Assembly (NCBI RefSeq): GCF_001194135.2
Contig: NC_068989.1
Span: 6,579,970 to 6,614,149 of the forward strand
DNA: 34,180 nucleotides
Origin: Octopus bimaculoides
Taxonomy: Eukaryota
Direction: 5' to 3'
In this document: positions 12,100 through 24,889 of the stretch, in pieces
Layout: each line of letters starts with the position of its first letter
Position numbering within the stretch: position 1 is the first letter of the stretch
Translations under genes and position numbers: made by a program
The notes under the pieces: generated by a model
What the model was told of the DNA's origin: nothing
What the model saw: only the letters and a program-made list of their open reading frames with translations
Databases searched by the model: none

Positions 12100-12290
12100 C
12101 GTTAGTTCAGCAGGCGAAACTCTTGGTGGTATTTCGTCCGTTTTTACGTTCTGAGTCGAAATTTCGACGAGGCTCACTTTGACTTCCATCAATTTAGGAT
12201 CGATAAAATAAGTACCAATTGAAAAAATGGGATCGATCTAGCCGACTTAACCTTCACCAATATTGCTGAACTTATGCCAAAATTCTAAAT
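12100..12290 (+). mobile_element. SINE family B copy (older)
   Basis: ggtatttcgtccgtttttacgttctgag...gatcgataaaataagtacca. Confidence 0.75.
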
Positions 12291-12824
12291 CAAAGTACCA
12301 TCATTGTACTAATCGAGAGTGGGTGGATTTCCATTCATAGATTCAGTCATACAAACATACATTCGTACATTCATTCATAAATGCATACATACATACATAC
12401 ATACATACGCATGCATACATTAGTACATGCATTCAAATATACACACATATATAGATATATACGCTGCTGCATACGTACATATGGAAACAGATCCCCAAGT
12501 GCGTTCTTGCCTCTTGTGTGCGTCTCTCAGTGTTGTATGTGAAATAATCTATATTCGTGCAGACATGAATTCATATGGATACATATCTGTATACAATATG
12601 TGCACTTCATGCGTGTGTGTGTGTAAGTGCCTACCGAGTGTCTGTGTATGTGATATAAGGATGAAAGATATAGGATGAGAGAGAGAGAGAGACTAATCTG
12701 TTTCCATCGATTACTGATCATCAGTTCAATAACAGTTACAGAAATTAAATTTTATTTTTAGATCATCTCTGACTTCATTTTGTACAGTATGGTCAAGGGT
12801 GGTTGGTAGAGAAGGCATTGAGCA

Positions 12825-13560
12825 TTGTGGTGTTGGTGGTGGTTGTAGTGGTTGTGGTGGTGTGTGCTACGAAGGAGGTTGGTGTTAGTAGTGGAGAAAC
12901 TATTGTGTGTATGAGGTCCTAGTGGAGGTGGTGATATTGGTGGTGGTGTTGGTGGTGGTGGTGGTGGTGATGATAGTGTTGGTGGTGGTCATGATGATGA
13001 TAGTGATGGTGGCAGTGTTGTTGGTGGTGGCGTTGTTGGTGATGGTGGTGATGATGGTGAAAGTGGTGGTAGTTGTAGTGGTTGTAGTGGTGGTGGTTTT
13101 GGTGGCTTTGGTGGTGGTGATGATAATAGTGTTGCTGTTGTTGTTGGTGGCTGTGTTGGTGGTGGCAGTGGTGGTGGTAGTGGTGGTGACAGTGGTGGTG
13201 ATGGTCTTGCTGGTGGTTGTTGTAGCGGTGGTGATGGCGGTTTCGGTGCCGGCGGTTATGGTGGTGGTGGTGGTGGTAGTGGTGGTGAATTTTATGATGC
13301 TTGTTGCGGTNNNNNNNNNNNNNNNNNNGTGGTGGTGATGGTCTTGCTGGTGGTTGTTGTAGCGGTGGTGATGGCGGTTTCGGTGCCGGCGGTTATGGTG
13401 GTGGTGGTGGTGGTAGTGGTGGTGAATTTTATGATGCTTGTTGCGGTAATAGCAGGAGAGGTGTCGCCGGCGGCAGCGGCGCCAGGGATGGTTCTAATGT
13501 GTTAGGGCTGCTGCTGATGGCGGTGGTGGTGATGGCCGGGTGGCAAGGTCATGATGGAAG
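12825..13560. repeat. GTG/GGT triplet low-complexity tract with an 18-N gap and a 119-bp duplicate
   Basis: Degenerate GTG runs; 13192-13310 is identical to 13329-13447 across the gap. Confidence 0.9.
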
Positions 13561-14499
13561 TGATTGTTGGTATTTATACTGCTGTTAGTGTACGAGATAA
13601 TGGCCATGTTATTGTCGTTGCTGTTATTTAGCCCTAAGACTCTTGGCTGATGAAGAAGAAAAACCTATGACGAAAGGCATTCCAGCCATGACCATCCCGT
13701 CCTTGCGTGTAGTTTGGATTACAGTTCCCAATATGAAATTTTAGATTTATCACATGACCAACCCTGACTCTTCCTCATTTCTGTTAACGGTTGGATTGAT
13801 ATTGGAGTTCGAGGTGTTGATAACAGAAAAACATGCTGAGAAATAGCGGCGGCAGCAGCAGTAGAAGCAGCAGCAGCAGTAGCAGCAGCAGCAGTGGTAG
13901 TAGCTGGTAGTTATGGTGCTACTACTGGTACCGTTGTAATATATATTATGGTACTGTGAGACCGTAGAGCAAAGTTTCGTAAGGGAAGGTCATGGCGGAT
14001 GTTTTCCAAAGGTTTTCATACTAAAATTTGACCGAGACCATGGCAAAACAAGGAAAAATTGTATATATGCACATGCATGTATGTATGTATGTATGTATGT
14101 ATGTATGTCACTGTCCAGTTTTATTTCAAGCTTTCTTGCCATTAGAAAAAGAGCCGGTTACTAACCTAGATCCAAGGTTTTCATTGGAATATCGACATCA
14201 ACACCAGGGTATGTATGTATGTATCTATGATGTATGTCACTCCGGGAAAGGGTTGTGATGTGAGTTGTCCCTCTTGCCTATGACTTACCTATATATATAT
14301 ACACACACACACATACATACATACATATATACACATACATACATATATATATCCATACACTTATATACACTAAACAGTATACTAGCGATGTATTGTATAT
14401 AAAGTGTGCAGAACGTACCACCTAAAGTCAGCTGGCGGAGAATCTTCCTGGGGTTAAACTAGTAACATTCAACTGCCACTTTGACGTGGCTACTCGCTT

Positions 14500-14536
<37 letters not shown>

Positions 14537-14538
14537 TA

Positions 14539-15941
14539 CAGTGGCGCCATTTTATTTAAAAACTCTAGTATACCAATGTCAAAATGGCATTTTTTATATA
14601 TTCAATTTGTAAATTTTGAATTTAGATATATATCAAAATAAAGAAAATTTCAGGTGCTTTAATATGATGTACAACCTTACAGCATAACATCAACATGTTA
14701 ATTTTAAATTAAAAATAAACTTTATTTTGCGTAATTTACATCTCCACTTCATTTTAAAACGATTTGCAAAAATTTCATTTTTTCTTCTGCCTTATTGACT
14801 AATATAAAAGTAGGGTAATTTGCATGATGTTAAAACTTTTAAGTTACTTATTAGTTGTGATGGGTAAGAGAAAAAACTTAACAGAAACCAGAGCGAGGAT
14901 CGCTCAGCTCAGTAGGCTGAAATGGTCATATAAAGCTATTTCAAATGAAATTGGATGCTCTAAAACAGCCGTCCACGATGATGTCCATCTTTATAAAGAA
15001 ACTAATGATTATAAAGACAGCTCTCGACCTGGGCAACCAAGAAAAACAACGGAAAGAATAGATAGATACATTCAAAGACTGTCCCTGAAAAAACGAGAAA
15101 TGAGCGCTGTTGACAGTTTTAAAGAGATTCGGCAAAAATATGAACTTACCTTTGGAATGTCTACCATAAAAACCATCTCGAAGAATTTGGACTTCTAGGA
15201 AGAGTCTCTTGCAAAAAGCCATACATTTCTTTAAAAAATCGACGTGTCCGAATACAGTTCGCAAAAGAGAATTTGAATTGGAGTCCGGGAGATTAGTCGA
15301 ATGTGTTGTGGTAAGACGAGTCAAAGTTCAATTTGTTTGGCAGTGATGGCAGGAAGTATGTAAGAAGGCGTATAGGCGAAGAATATCATCCAGAATTATC
15401 CAACCAGCAATTAAGCACGGTGGTGGAAGTGTGATGGTGTGGGGGTGCATGTCTGGAAAAGGCGTCGGTCCTATAATCCGAGTCAAGGGCATTATGGATA
15501 GTAAGTCATATCTAGAAATATTGGATGAGTTTATGCTTCCATACGCCCGAAAGCATTTGGGCCGATCTTGGACTTGCGAGCATGACAACGACCCGAAACA
15601 CAACTCGCACCCAGTCAGAGATTACATTAGGTTTCAGAGAGTTTGGTTTGATGCAGTGGCCAGCGCAGTCGCCCAACCTAAATCTCATCGAAAATCTTTG
15701 GGAAAGGTTGGGTTGAGCTGTGCAAAACAGTAAGCCAAAGAATAAAGATGATTTTTTTTTACCATCATTAGCGAAAACTGGGAAAAAAAACTCAGTAACA
15801 GTTCCTAAGTATTTAGTTCCGGAGCCAGTGGTAGTCACCTCTAAGTTAAACAATTCTGAAACTTACCAAATAATTAAAGGAAATACAGGTACCTGTAGAT
15901 TAATATAAATGACAAGAGTTTATTATTAATTCTCTTCAGTG
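14539..15941 (+). mobile_element. Tc1-family (DD34E) transposon, decayed near-full-length copy
   Basis: Left end TA|CAGTGGCG at 14537-14546. N-terminal HTH with GQPRKTT, then W*DESKFNL, KHGGGSVMVWGC, HDNDPKH and QWPAQSPNLNLIENLW. D-to-E spacing is 34 after repairing one frameshift. Right end uncertain (weak match ending cagtg|ta at 15941). Confidence 0.9.
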
Positions 15942-16399
15942 TAAGGTGCTGTGAAACTGGGCAGCCGAGTAAACTGGTCTGGTGGCTGCAAGAATTTGAA
16001 ATTCCTTCTTGTAAATTAATGCGAATTATAACAAGTTCCGGATCATCAGTGTCTGGAAATCAGTATATACGTGTATATAGCAATAGAGATGGTGAAGGTG
16101 GTGGTGGTGATGGTGTTACTGCCACTGTTGCTGCTGCTGTGGTTCCGATGGTGGTTTTGTTGGTTTTAGTTCTATGGGAAATGTTGGTAGCAGATCGATG
16201 CCAAAGTCGGAGCTACAATATACAATTATACAGAAATTAACAACAGATATAATTTGATTTAATGCTAAAAACAAACAAAATTCGCTTAGTTCTTGTTATT
16301 TTGGGTGGACGAAGGAGGACTATCGGAGGGCTGGGGGTTATTCGTAATCTACCATTTTTATTCTGGTTTTTAATTTGTGTTCGTGAGGCGGTTGAGCAT

Positions 16400-17100
16400 A
16401 TATTTCTTTATATTTTCTCTCATTTTTTTTTTGTTTGAAAAATTGCTTTAATTTTTTTTTTAAATTATTTCATTTAATTTTTTTTTCTTATCTTTCATTG
16501 ATTCCATTTTTGATTTTTTGTGTTTATTTCATTTTACGTTCTCGTACTTTCGATTTTATTTTATTGCAAACTCATCTTTTATTTATTTATTTATTTATTT
16601 ATTTATCTCTTCTTGTTTTCATCTATTTTTCTATTTTTATTTTTTTTCTGAAATTTTTACCTCATTGATTCGAAAGAATTGGAGAACTAGAAGTTCTTCG
16701 AAAAAATTTTTAGTCATATAAAAACAAACCGTAGTATTTTATTGGAAGCAATATATTTTCTTTTTTTTTTGCTTTTAATTTGTTTGCCAGTCTGTAATTT
16801 AGAAATTATTATTATTATTACTATTGTTATTATTACTATTATTATCATTACTATTATTATTATTATTATTATTATTACTATTATTATTGTGTATGTGTTG
16901 TACTATGTATGTCTTGTGAAAGTTATTCTCCTTGTAGTTTTGGCTGTTTTATCGTTATCTTTACGGTTGTTTTTCGTCTACATTTATATTTTGTCTTCGT
17001 TCTTTATAGCTATTCTTATGTTAACGTTGATGTTATTTTAACGATTTTACTTTATCCAAGTTAAAACTTATTTCTCTTCCATTTCAAACAATAAGAAACA
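16400..17100. repeat. T-rich/(ATT)n/(ATTT)n low-complexity tract
   Basis: Direct reading. Confidence 0.85.
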
Positions 17101-17224
17101 AAACAAAATCCTTGAGGTTTATACCAATCTACGATTTTCGTTTCTTTAGTCGTTCTCATTTTATTTGAGCGACGGGCAAAATAACTTATTTAGTTTCACC
17201 GTTTTACGTTCAAATTCCAAATAT

Positions 17225-17757
17225 CTTTTACTTGCTTCAGTCATTAGACTGCGGCCACACTGGGGCATCGCATGCCTACAGCCTAACGTATCGAATGAAT
17301 CAGCCCCAGTACTTATTGTTTTAAAGTCCGGTACTTATTTTATCGGTATCTTTTGCAGAACTGCTACGTTACGGGGATGTAAACCCACCGACACCGGTTG
17401 TCGAGCGGTGGTGAGGAAAAATAGACACAAGGACACACTCACATATGAATATATATATATATATACAGGGTGACCACAAAGTCTGGGTACATGGAGTAAA
17501 GAAAATCATAACATAAATATAAGAAATAATAATTTCTTAAAGTATGTGTTAATCTCCGTGTACCCAGACTTTGTGGGCACCCTGTATATGTACGACGGGT
17601 TTCTTTCAGTTTCCATCTACCAAATCTACTCGTAGGGCTTTTGGTCGGCCCGAGGCTATAGGAAAAGACACTTGCACAAGGTGCCACACAGAAGAACTGA
17701 ACTAGGAACTATGTTGTTGGGAAGCAAAATTCTTACCACACAACCACGCCTGCACCT
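17225..17757 (-). mobile_element. Full-length SINE family A, interrupted by a MITE
   Basis: Collinear with 2735-3088 from head (aggtgcaggcgtggttgtgtggtaag) to tail (gactgaagcaagtaaaag), except for the insert at 17466-17584. Confidence 0.85.
17466..17584. mobile_element. 119-bp Tc1/mariner-type MITE with 31-bp TIRs and TA target duplication
   Basis: TA|cagggtgaccacaaagtctgggtacatggag ... ctccgtgtacccagactttgtgggcaccctg|TA; 29 of 31 positions match. Confidence 0.92.
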
Positions 17758-18439
17758 GTATAGTAGTCGATTTTGTTTTCTTTCAGTCTCAACATAATGT
17801 GTCGAAATAAACGATGTTAATGGTTCTGCCATTTCAGTGTCTAGTTTCAACCGAATTATTCCTTATCTCTTTCTTTAAATTAATTACATTGTGCCTACAC
17901 CTACAGACGAAACTCCACAGGACAGGTTGACTCATTTCTCTCTCTTTTCCATTGTTTCTAAAGAGACCCCTTTTCCTTGTATCTGACCGATCTCATGTCA
18001 CCCTCATTATTCCCACTGTCCAAATTTCCACCTTTGTGGTTATTGGAGAAAGAATTACGAAGAGGTTGGAGACTGGTGGAATGTAGAGTAGCGAACAAAA
18101 TACCATGTGGTATTATGTAACATCTATGCTTGCTCAGGGTTCAAATTCTTTTAAATTTGATAATGCTTTCCTTCTGTATGTACAGTCAGCAGCAGAAGCA
18201 TAGTTAAATTTAGTTGACGAATGTTTCATGAGTTTTTTTTTTTATATTCGAACCCTCTATTTCTCTCTGAGTATGTCTTTAAGAGAGTAAGACTGTTTCT
18301 ACTTTCACAATTTGCTCCAGAGAGATTATGCTTTCAGTGTTTCGTGGTATTCTCAAGGCCTGGTTACAAGCTAATGGGATGTATCACAATGGGTGCCTCA
18401 TGCATGTGAGTCCATACCCTTTCATATGTGACATAAACA

Positions 18440-18590
18440 TGGTTTAGTGGTTAAGGAGTCCTCTTCGCAATCATCAGCTGCCTGGTTTGATCCCACAACT
18501 TGGCAACTACGGGTGTCTTTAACAATCTCAAGTGAACACTAGTCTTGTGAGTAAAACTCGATAGACAGAAATGGCACGGAAGTCCGTAAA
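18440..18590 (+). mobile_element. Degraded SINE head (family A-like)
   Basis: tggtttagtggttaagg (A-box-like), ggtttgatccc (B-box-like), gtgtctt...cttgtgagt...gatagacagaaa...gaagtccgt. Confidence 0.5.
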
Positions 18591-19733
18591 GATGTATAAA
18601 ATTGATAGGCGTATTTCTAATATTAGTTGTACAATCACGTGTCTGCTGCAGACTTATCCGAAAAACTGTATTGCATTAAGCTATCATTGAATCTACAGAT
18701 ATATATTATACTACTCGCTATATTTGTTTACTGTTACAATCAATAGAAATATAAAAGAATTGTTGAACTTGATAAACTTAAAGGAATCTAGAAAAGATGT
18801 TGAAAACAATACACTTGACGAAGCATTAGTAAATACTTGAGTGGACTCTTGACAACGAACTCACAACTGCACAGAATATATATCATTGTTCATCATGTGA
18901 CCCGGTGTGGGTAATTAGTAAGCAAACACTTCCAGCTGAATGATGCCATAAATTGTTTCAGAAGCTATGAATTTCATTGGGACATGTGCAAAAGACATAG
19001 TAAATTTAGATTTTTTAGCGAGGAGTGAAACTTAAAGAGAACTCAAATAAGATTTCGTTTTATTGTATTGTAAGATGGCTATCAAGTAGCAAGTTATTGA
19101 ATTATTGAATAAGCTCGTTACTCTTAAAGAATCAATCATTGATTTCGAATGGAAAAAAAAAAAGAAAACAATTTACCCACAATCAGAAGATCTCCCATGG
19201 GTACAGTATCTGATATTCTTTTACAGATTTTACGCAACCTCTGCAATATTTAAATCTGGCACTTTTAGGAAAAGGACAATGTTATTTCAAAATTTGACCA
19301 TATAGTTTTAATTTTCAAGAATAAAGCCGTCTTGTTAACGAAGAAATTTTCCCCTTTCAAACCTTAAATTGGGGACGAAAGTTTTTCCTGGGGTTCGAAT
19401 CAAAAATTATGAAGTCAAACAAAACGAAGGAAACTTAGAAACATTTTCTGATGATTTTGAGAGCTGTTTAGGGAATCTAAAAAAAAAAGCTAGAACCATG
19501 CTTCAAATTTCGTGTGAATTCTTCTTCGATTAATGTTGTCTACGATGGACATAACTTGTGACCGCACCAGCCGCTTTGATTGTGATTTTAAAAGAAACAG
19601 ATTTTACTAAGTTAAAGGATGTAACTCTGAAACTTGCGCATAAAACCTTATCTCTGACGGTTGAATCAAAGCCCAGCAGCAAATCTTTTCAAACACAGTC
19701 TTCCAACGCATTTCTGCTTTACGAACAACTTAC

Positions 19734-19816
19734 TATTGTGGATTTCTCCCCTCTGGGATGGAAATTATCAAGGCAAAACATCACGCTATCTTCATTAACA
19801 CAACCATCTAACTGAG
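19734..19816 (-). CDS. 83-nt internal exon (phase 1 to 0): (A)QLDGCVNEDSVMFCLDNFHPRGEKSTI
   Basis: Acceptor ttaaattcctcacag|, donor ATA|gtaagt. Only one frame is open and it is phase-compatible with both neighbouring exons. Confidence 0.6.
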
Positions 19817-20344
19817 CTGTGAGGAATTTAACATGCTACTACTTGGATCTTAAAGAATTGACTTTAAAAGCGAAGACCTAACAAAAGAGAGATTAACCAA
19901 TCTACTTTGGTGCGTAAAAATATGTAGCCGTATGTTTTCTTATTTATAAACATAATTTCAAGAATATGTTGCAAAACCTCAGCATCAAAAGAATATATGT
20001 GCCTCTTCTTATCAATCAACATGACCAAAGCCTGTCATATTAGAGCTTATTATATAATTGTTGGCTTCAAACTAATGAAATACTGTAGGACTGGTGAAGG
20101 ACGTAAAGGTTGGTATACAATCGTCGCAATTTTGTTCCATTCAAATTCGTGCAGTGTCACTCAATTTTAATCATGGCCAAAGTCTTTATAAAACGTCATA
20201 TTCTTCGTAAAGAGTGCATACAATTTTTGATACGTTCTAGCAGACTCCCGTAAGAGTATGCCAATCACAATCGTGCTTCGTCATAGGAGGAAACCTCTCT
20301 TTTCAGACGAATGTGTATTCATAACAGACTCGATTCATTAGAGT

Positions 20345-20407
20345 GATGGAGACTCTGAGACAACCCGCTGTTTCGACACAGTTGTGTCTCATCAAGCCAA
20401 AGTCATC
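20345..20407 (-). ncRNA. Type I hammerhead ribozyme-like motif (core with one extra U)
   Basis: gau GACUUUGG | CUUGAUGA | GACAC aacu GUGUC | GAA | ACAG cggg UUGU | C | UCAGAGUC ucc auc: 8-bp stem I plus bulge plus 3 bp, perfect 5-bp stem II, 4-bp stem III, GUC triplet. Confidence 0.65.
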
Positions 20408-21134
20408 GTTTAGAAGTTACTATTTTATTAACACTTGATACAAATAAAAAGTAATATTGCGAAGCAGGTTTGTATTTCTACAAAGCAGCTTGTGGTTCAT
20501 TTCACGAGGCCCTACATTATCTGGCTTTTCCCTTTCTTGCAACACGAATTCTTACCCTGTGTCTGTAAGACACAACCCAGTTTTCTGGGAAATGTTGTCA
20601 TGAAGGATAGAGCGCCTTATAAATAGTAAAACATTGTAAGTTAAACTAATATTCATTGTTTTGTTAATGACACGCGCACACACTAACGCTCACACACATA
20701 TATACGCGTGTAGCATGAATGTAAGGTATATATGTTGTTTGTATGTAAGGACGTCTGTTTCATGTATAGAAGCGTTTTGTTTCTGTGTTTAAAAACAACC
20801 AAATCAAAATTCTTCGATCAAAACAGTTCAATTCCCAAAGTAATTTAAATATGGTTTTTATATACAAAAAGTTATTGATGTTCACTTTTAAAGTTGTCCA
20901 TTTCTAAGTTTCTTCTCTGAAAGATTCCTCTCCCAACATCCCTCCTCTCTCTCTTTCTCTCTCTCATACCGACGTTACTCCTCTCTCAAGTTATGTTTCG
21001 TCTCTGTTGATTCCTTATTCTACACCATTTTAAAATTCTTCCTCTTCTTTTCTCTATCACTGTCTTGTTTTTCTGACTTACTATATGTGTGTGTGTGCGC
21101 GTGTGTATATATGTATATATATATATATATATAT

Positions 21135-22029
21135 NNNNNNNNNNNNNNNNNNNNNNNNNNNNNNNNNNNNNNNNNNNNNNNNNNNNNNNNNNNNNNNNNN
21201 NNNNNNNNNNNNNNNNNNNNNNNNNNNNNNNNNNNNNNNNNNNNNNNNNNNNNNNNNNNNNNNNNNNNNNNNNNNNNNNNNNNNNNNNNNNNNNNNNNNN
21301 NNNNNNNNNNNNNNNNNNNNNNNNNNNNNNNNNNNNNNNNNNNNNNNNNNNNNNNNNNNNNNNNNNNNNNNNNNNNNNNNNNNNNNNNNNNNNNNNNNNN
21401 NNNNNNNNNNNNNNNNNNNNNNNNNNNNNNNNNNNNNNNNNNNNNNNNNNNNNNNNNNNNNNNNNNNNNNNNNNNNNNNNNNNNNNNNNNNNNNNNNNNN
21501 NNNNNNNNNNNNNNNNNNNNNNNNNNNNNNNNNNNNNNNNNNNNNNNNNNNNNNNNNNNNNNNNNNNNNNNNNNNNNNNNNNNNNNNNNNNNNNNNNNNN
21601 NNNNNNNNNNNNNNNNNNNNNNNNNNNNNNNNNNNNNNNNNNNNNNNNNNNNNNNNNNNNNNNNNNNNNNNNNNNNNNNNNNNNNNNNNNNNNNNNNNNN
21701 NNNNNNNNNNNNNNNNNNNNNNNNNNNNNNNNNNNNNNNNNNNNNNNNNNNNNNNNNNNNNNNNNNNNNNNNNNNNNNNNNNNNNNNNNNNNNNNNNNNN
21801 NNNNNNNNNNNNNNNNNNNNNNNNNNNNNNNNNNNNNNNNNNNNNNNNNNNNNNNNNNNNNNNNNNNNNNNNNNNNNNNNNNNNNNNNNNNNNNNNNNNN
21901 NNNNNNNNNNNNNNNNNNNNNNNNNNNNNNNNNNNNNNNNNNNNNNNNNNNNNNNNNNNNNNNNNNNNNNNNNNNNNNNNNNNNNNNNNNNNNNNNNNNN
22001 NNNNNNNNNNNNNNNNNNNNNNNNNNNNN
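21135..22029. other. Assembly gap flanked by (TA)n and (GT)n
   Basis: Direct reading. Confidence 1.
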
Positions 22030-22096
<67 letters not shown>

Positions 22097-22119
22097 TATA
22101 TACACACATATACATGTGC

Positions 22120-22225
22120 GTATGTATGTATGTTTGGTGTCTGTGTTTGTCCCCTCCCACCATCGCATGACACCCGATGTTTACGTCCCCGTAACTTAGT
22201 GGTTTGGCAAAAGAGAACAATAAAA
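22120..22225 (+). mobile_element. SINE family A fragment
   Basis: gtgtctgtgtttgtcccc...gtttacgtccccgtaacttagtggtttggcaaaagaga. Confidence 0.75.
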
Positions 22226-23369
22226 AATTTGTTTAGGACAGGTATAATTACGCCATCAAAACGAAAGGATACATCGGAGAATATAGTCGCTGACATATAC
22301 ATAGATGACGAGTTGGCTTTCATTGGGAATCTTTTAAGAAATATTATGCCAAATTTCTCCCAAATCTCACATTCAATTGTGTTATAAAAGAAAGGTCACC
22401 ACATACGAAATTCAATGTCAATACCAAGCACGCTATCTTTAAGGTAGCGTGTTCACGCATTTGTATATATGTTTACGTGTGAGTGTATGCATTTTGCACA
22501 TATGTTTATATACAAAATGACAGTCGGCACTTGTGCAGTGAGCATGTACCTTGATATTAGTAATTGTTTTTGGTACCCTTGCAAGCACCCTCTCGGAATT
22601 CCTATCGTTGACCAATGGAATATCTAGTAAGTAGCTGCTGGTAGGTGATCGAACTATACTCATACTGGGTTGGTACTTCTTTTTATCGAGCGCAAAGGAA
22701 GGAAAGCAAAGTCGAATACCAAATACAGAAGGAAATCTAAGACTGGAGTGAAAGTTATGTATATGTTAAAAAGATAGTGGAGTTAAAAGTAAAACTGCAA
22801 TCATATTATGAAGAATAACGTAGGTGAAGTTTAGATTTATATTCTAACACAGATTATATTTTTATAGAAAACTACTGATTAAACATATATACGTAGAATA
22901 ATTTGAGCTAGCTATGTCAACGGAACGTCAGTTATAAACCCAAAACATAATAATTAATTGTGGAAAGTTGGATTTACACATATTATTAATGAAAATATTT
23001 AAAATTATATGTATTTATAAATAAATAAGATTACTAATATTTCTTAGGAATTTATAATCCAGTGAGTTTCCGATTGATTAGGAATAAGACTAGTTTAGAT
23101 TTAAAAAAAAAACAGAAAACTTTTAGACGTATGAATTTGGGCAATACCATAATTTAGTTTGGAAGAGTTATAACAATAAACGTATAATTTTGACTTGTAA
23201 TTGGTGACAGCCAAGAATAAGGTAAATATAAAAGGAAAGATTGGATATAAATGATAGAGCGCGGGAAGCAAAGAAAAATTTTAGCTGAAGCAAAAGGAAA
23301 ATAAATAGTGAGGTGGAAAAATATATAGAAACAAATGTTTAATTTATGCTTATAAAATGTACACGCAAA

Positions 23370-23722
23370 TACGAACACACACACGTACTCACACACACAC
23401 ACACACGTGCTCATACATACATACATACACACATACACACAGATATATAAATATGAGTAGAAAAATTGACAATTATACTATGTTCATATCAACTAGACAT
23501 CTAACAATATCCGAATTTAAATGTATATATGTGTGTGCATGTATGTATATGTGTTTGTGTGTATGTATGCATGCTATATATGTATATTATTATGTACATA
23601 GATACGTTCACACACAGACACACACATATATATATCAAGGGAGAGACAGAAATAGAGAGAGATCTTCACATATATATCTATTCGAACATATGAATACACA
23701 CACACACAAACAGGTATATATA

Positions 23723-23774
<52 letters not shown>

Positions 23775-23861
23775 TATGCATATATATATGTATGCGTATA
23801 TATATGAGTATATATATATATGTATGTATGTATATATATATATATGCATATATATATGTAT

Positions 23862-23907
<46 letters not shown>

Positions 23908-23972
23908 ATATATATGTATGTATGCATGTATATATATGTATTTATATACATACATATGTATGCATGAATGTT

Positions 23973-24038
<66 letters not shown>

Positions 24039-24050
24039 CACGTACTCAGG
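23370..24050. repeat. Large CA/TA/TG compound microsatellite block
   Basis: Direct reading; source of the YI/CV/HT-repeat ORFs. Confidence 0.95.
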
Positions 24051-24486
24051 AAGGTTAATGGATATCATACGCTTATATAAATATTTACATGTGCAGACAT
24101 ATGCATACATATGCACATACATATAGCATTTTTCATAAACAGATATACATGCTTAGTTATACATATGCATATATAAGTACCTCGATATAACTTTAAAACA
24201 CACAAACTGTGATAGATATGCTCAGGTGCTCCTAAGTATAACGTACACCACTATGTATTCTCATACGTGAAGAAATACATAATAAAATAAACGCAAACCT
24301 GTCCTGTCGCATTTACTTGAAGAAATAAAAATAAATGTAAAAAGATTTTATAGAAATAAACAAATATAGCAAAACATATGTATATAAATATACACATATG
24401 TATATTAGAAATAAACATTACAGCAAAGAATTAACAGAGCTACATACAATTGCTCACATATATATTTATACACATAAAAATACTTA

Positions 24487-24529
<43 letters not shown>

Positions 24530-24644
24530 GATGGAGAAATTATACAAAATGTATAAATAGATGATGAGGAAAGCACCGACACTGTTTCGATTACCTGTTG
24601 CAATCCGTAGATTTATTGCAGGAACTTCGTAGTGTGGGTCGGGG

Positions 24645-24883
24645 TAACAGTATTAATAAAATTGGAGTTGGAATGTGTAATAGACGTTATTCGGTACAGC
24701 ACATGTTTCGACCCATTCTGGATCTCTTCGGATACATCAATAAAAAGTCTCACTAGAGATTTCTCGAGTCGGCTTACGTACCGCTATATATCCATCAAAT
24801 TCGAAGAGACCCAGAACGGGTCGAAACATGTGTGGTACATATAAAGTCTATTGCACATCCCATCTATTTTATTAACACTGTTA
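24645..24883. repeat. Palindromic element whose arms each end in a degenerate hammerhead-like motif
   Basis: Arms 24645-24733 and 24798-24883 are reverse complements. Inner ends read (C/T)CGAAGA-GA(C/T)CC agaa(c/t) GGGTC-GAAAC-ATGT-G. Confidence 0.8.
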
Positions 24884-24889
24884 TACGAT

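Noticed and set aside
12691-12728. CUGAUGA...GAAAC...GUC on the minus strand
   Set aside because: Stem II lacks the G10.1-C11.1 pair and stem I barely pairs; possibly a very old hammerhead, but unsupported.
13192-13447. Exact 119-bp tandem duplication
   Set aside because: The copies sit directly on either side of an 18-N gap, so this is most likely an unmerged contig overlap.
12907-13588. Gly-rich ORF (GGCCSGG, GGY) resembling a structural protein
   Set aside because: Product of a degenerate GTG tract in which several frames are open; no signal peptide or splice evidence.
13646-13690. CTGATGA...GAAA in a common repeat tail
   Set aside because: No A15.1-U16.1 pair and no stem II; coincidental.
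19558-19815. Plus-strand 85-aa ORF
   Set aside because: Largely the antisense shadow of the minus-strand exon; no recognisable motifs.
22228-22250. 23-bp match to the subterminal region of the 30414 mariner derivative
   Set aside because: Too short to call an element; similarity does not clearly extend.
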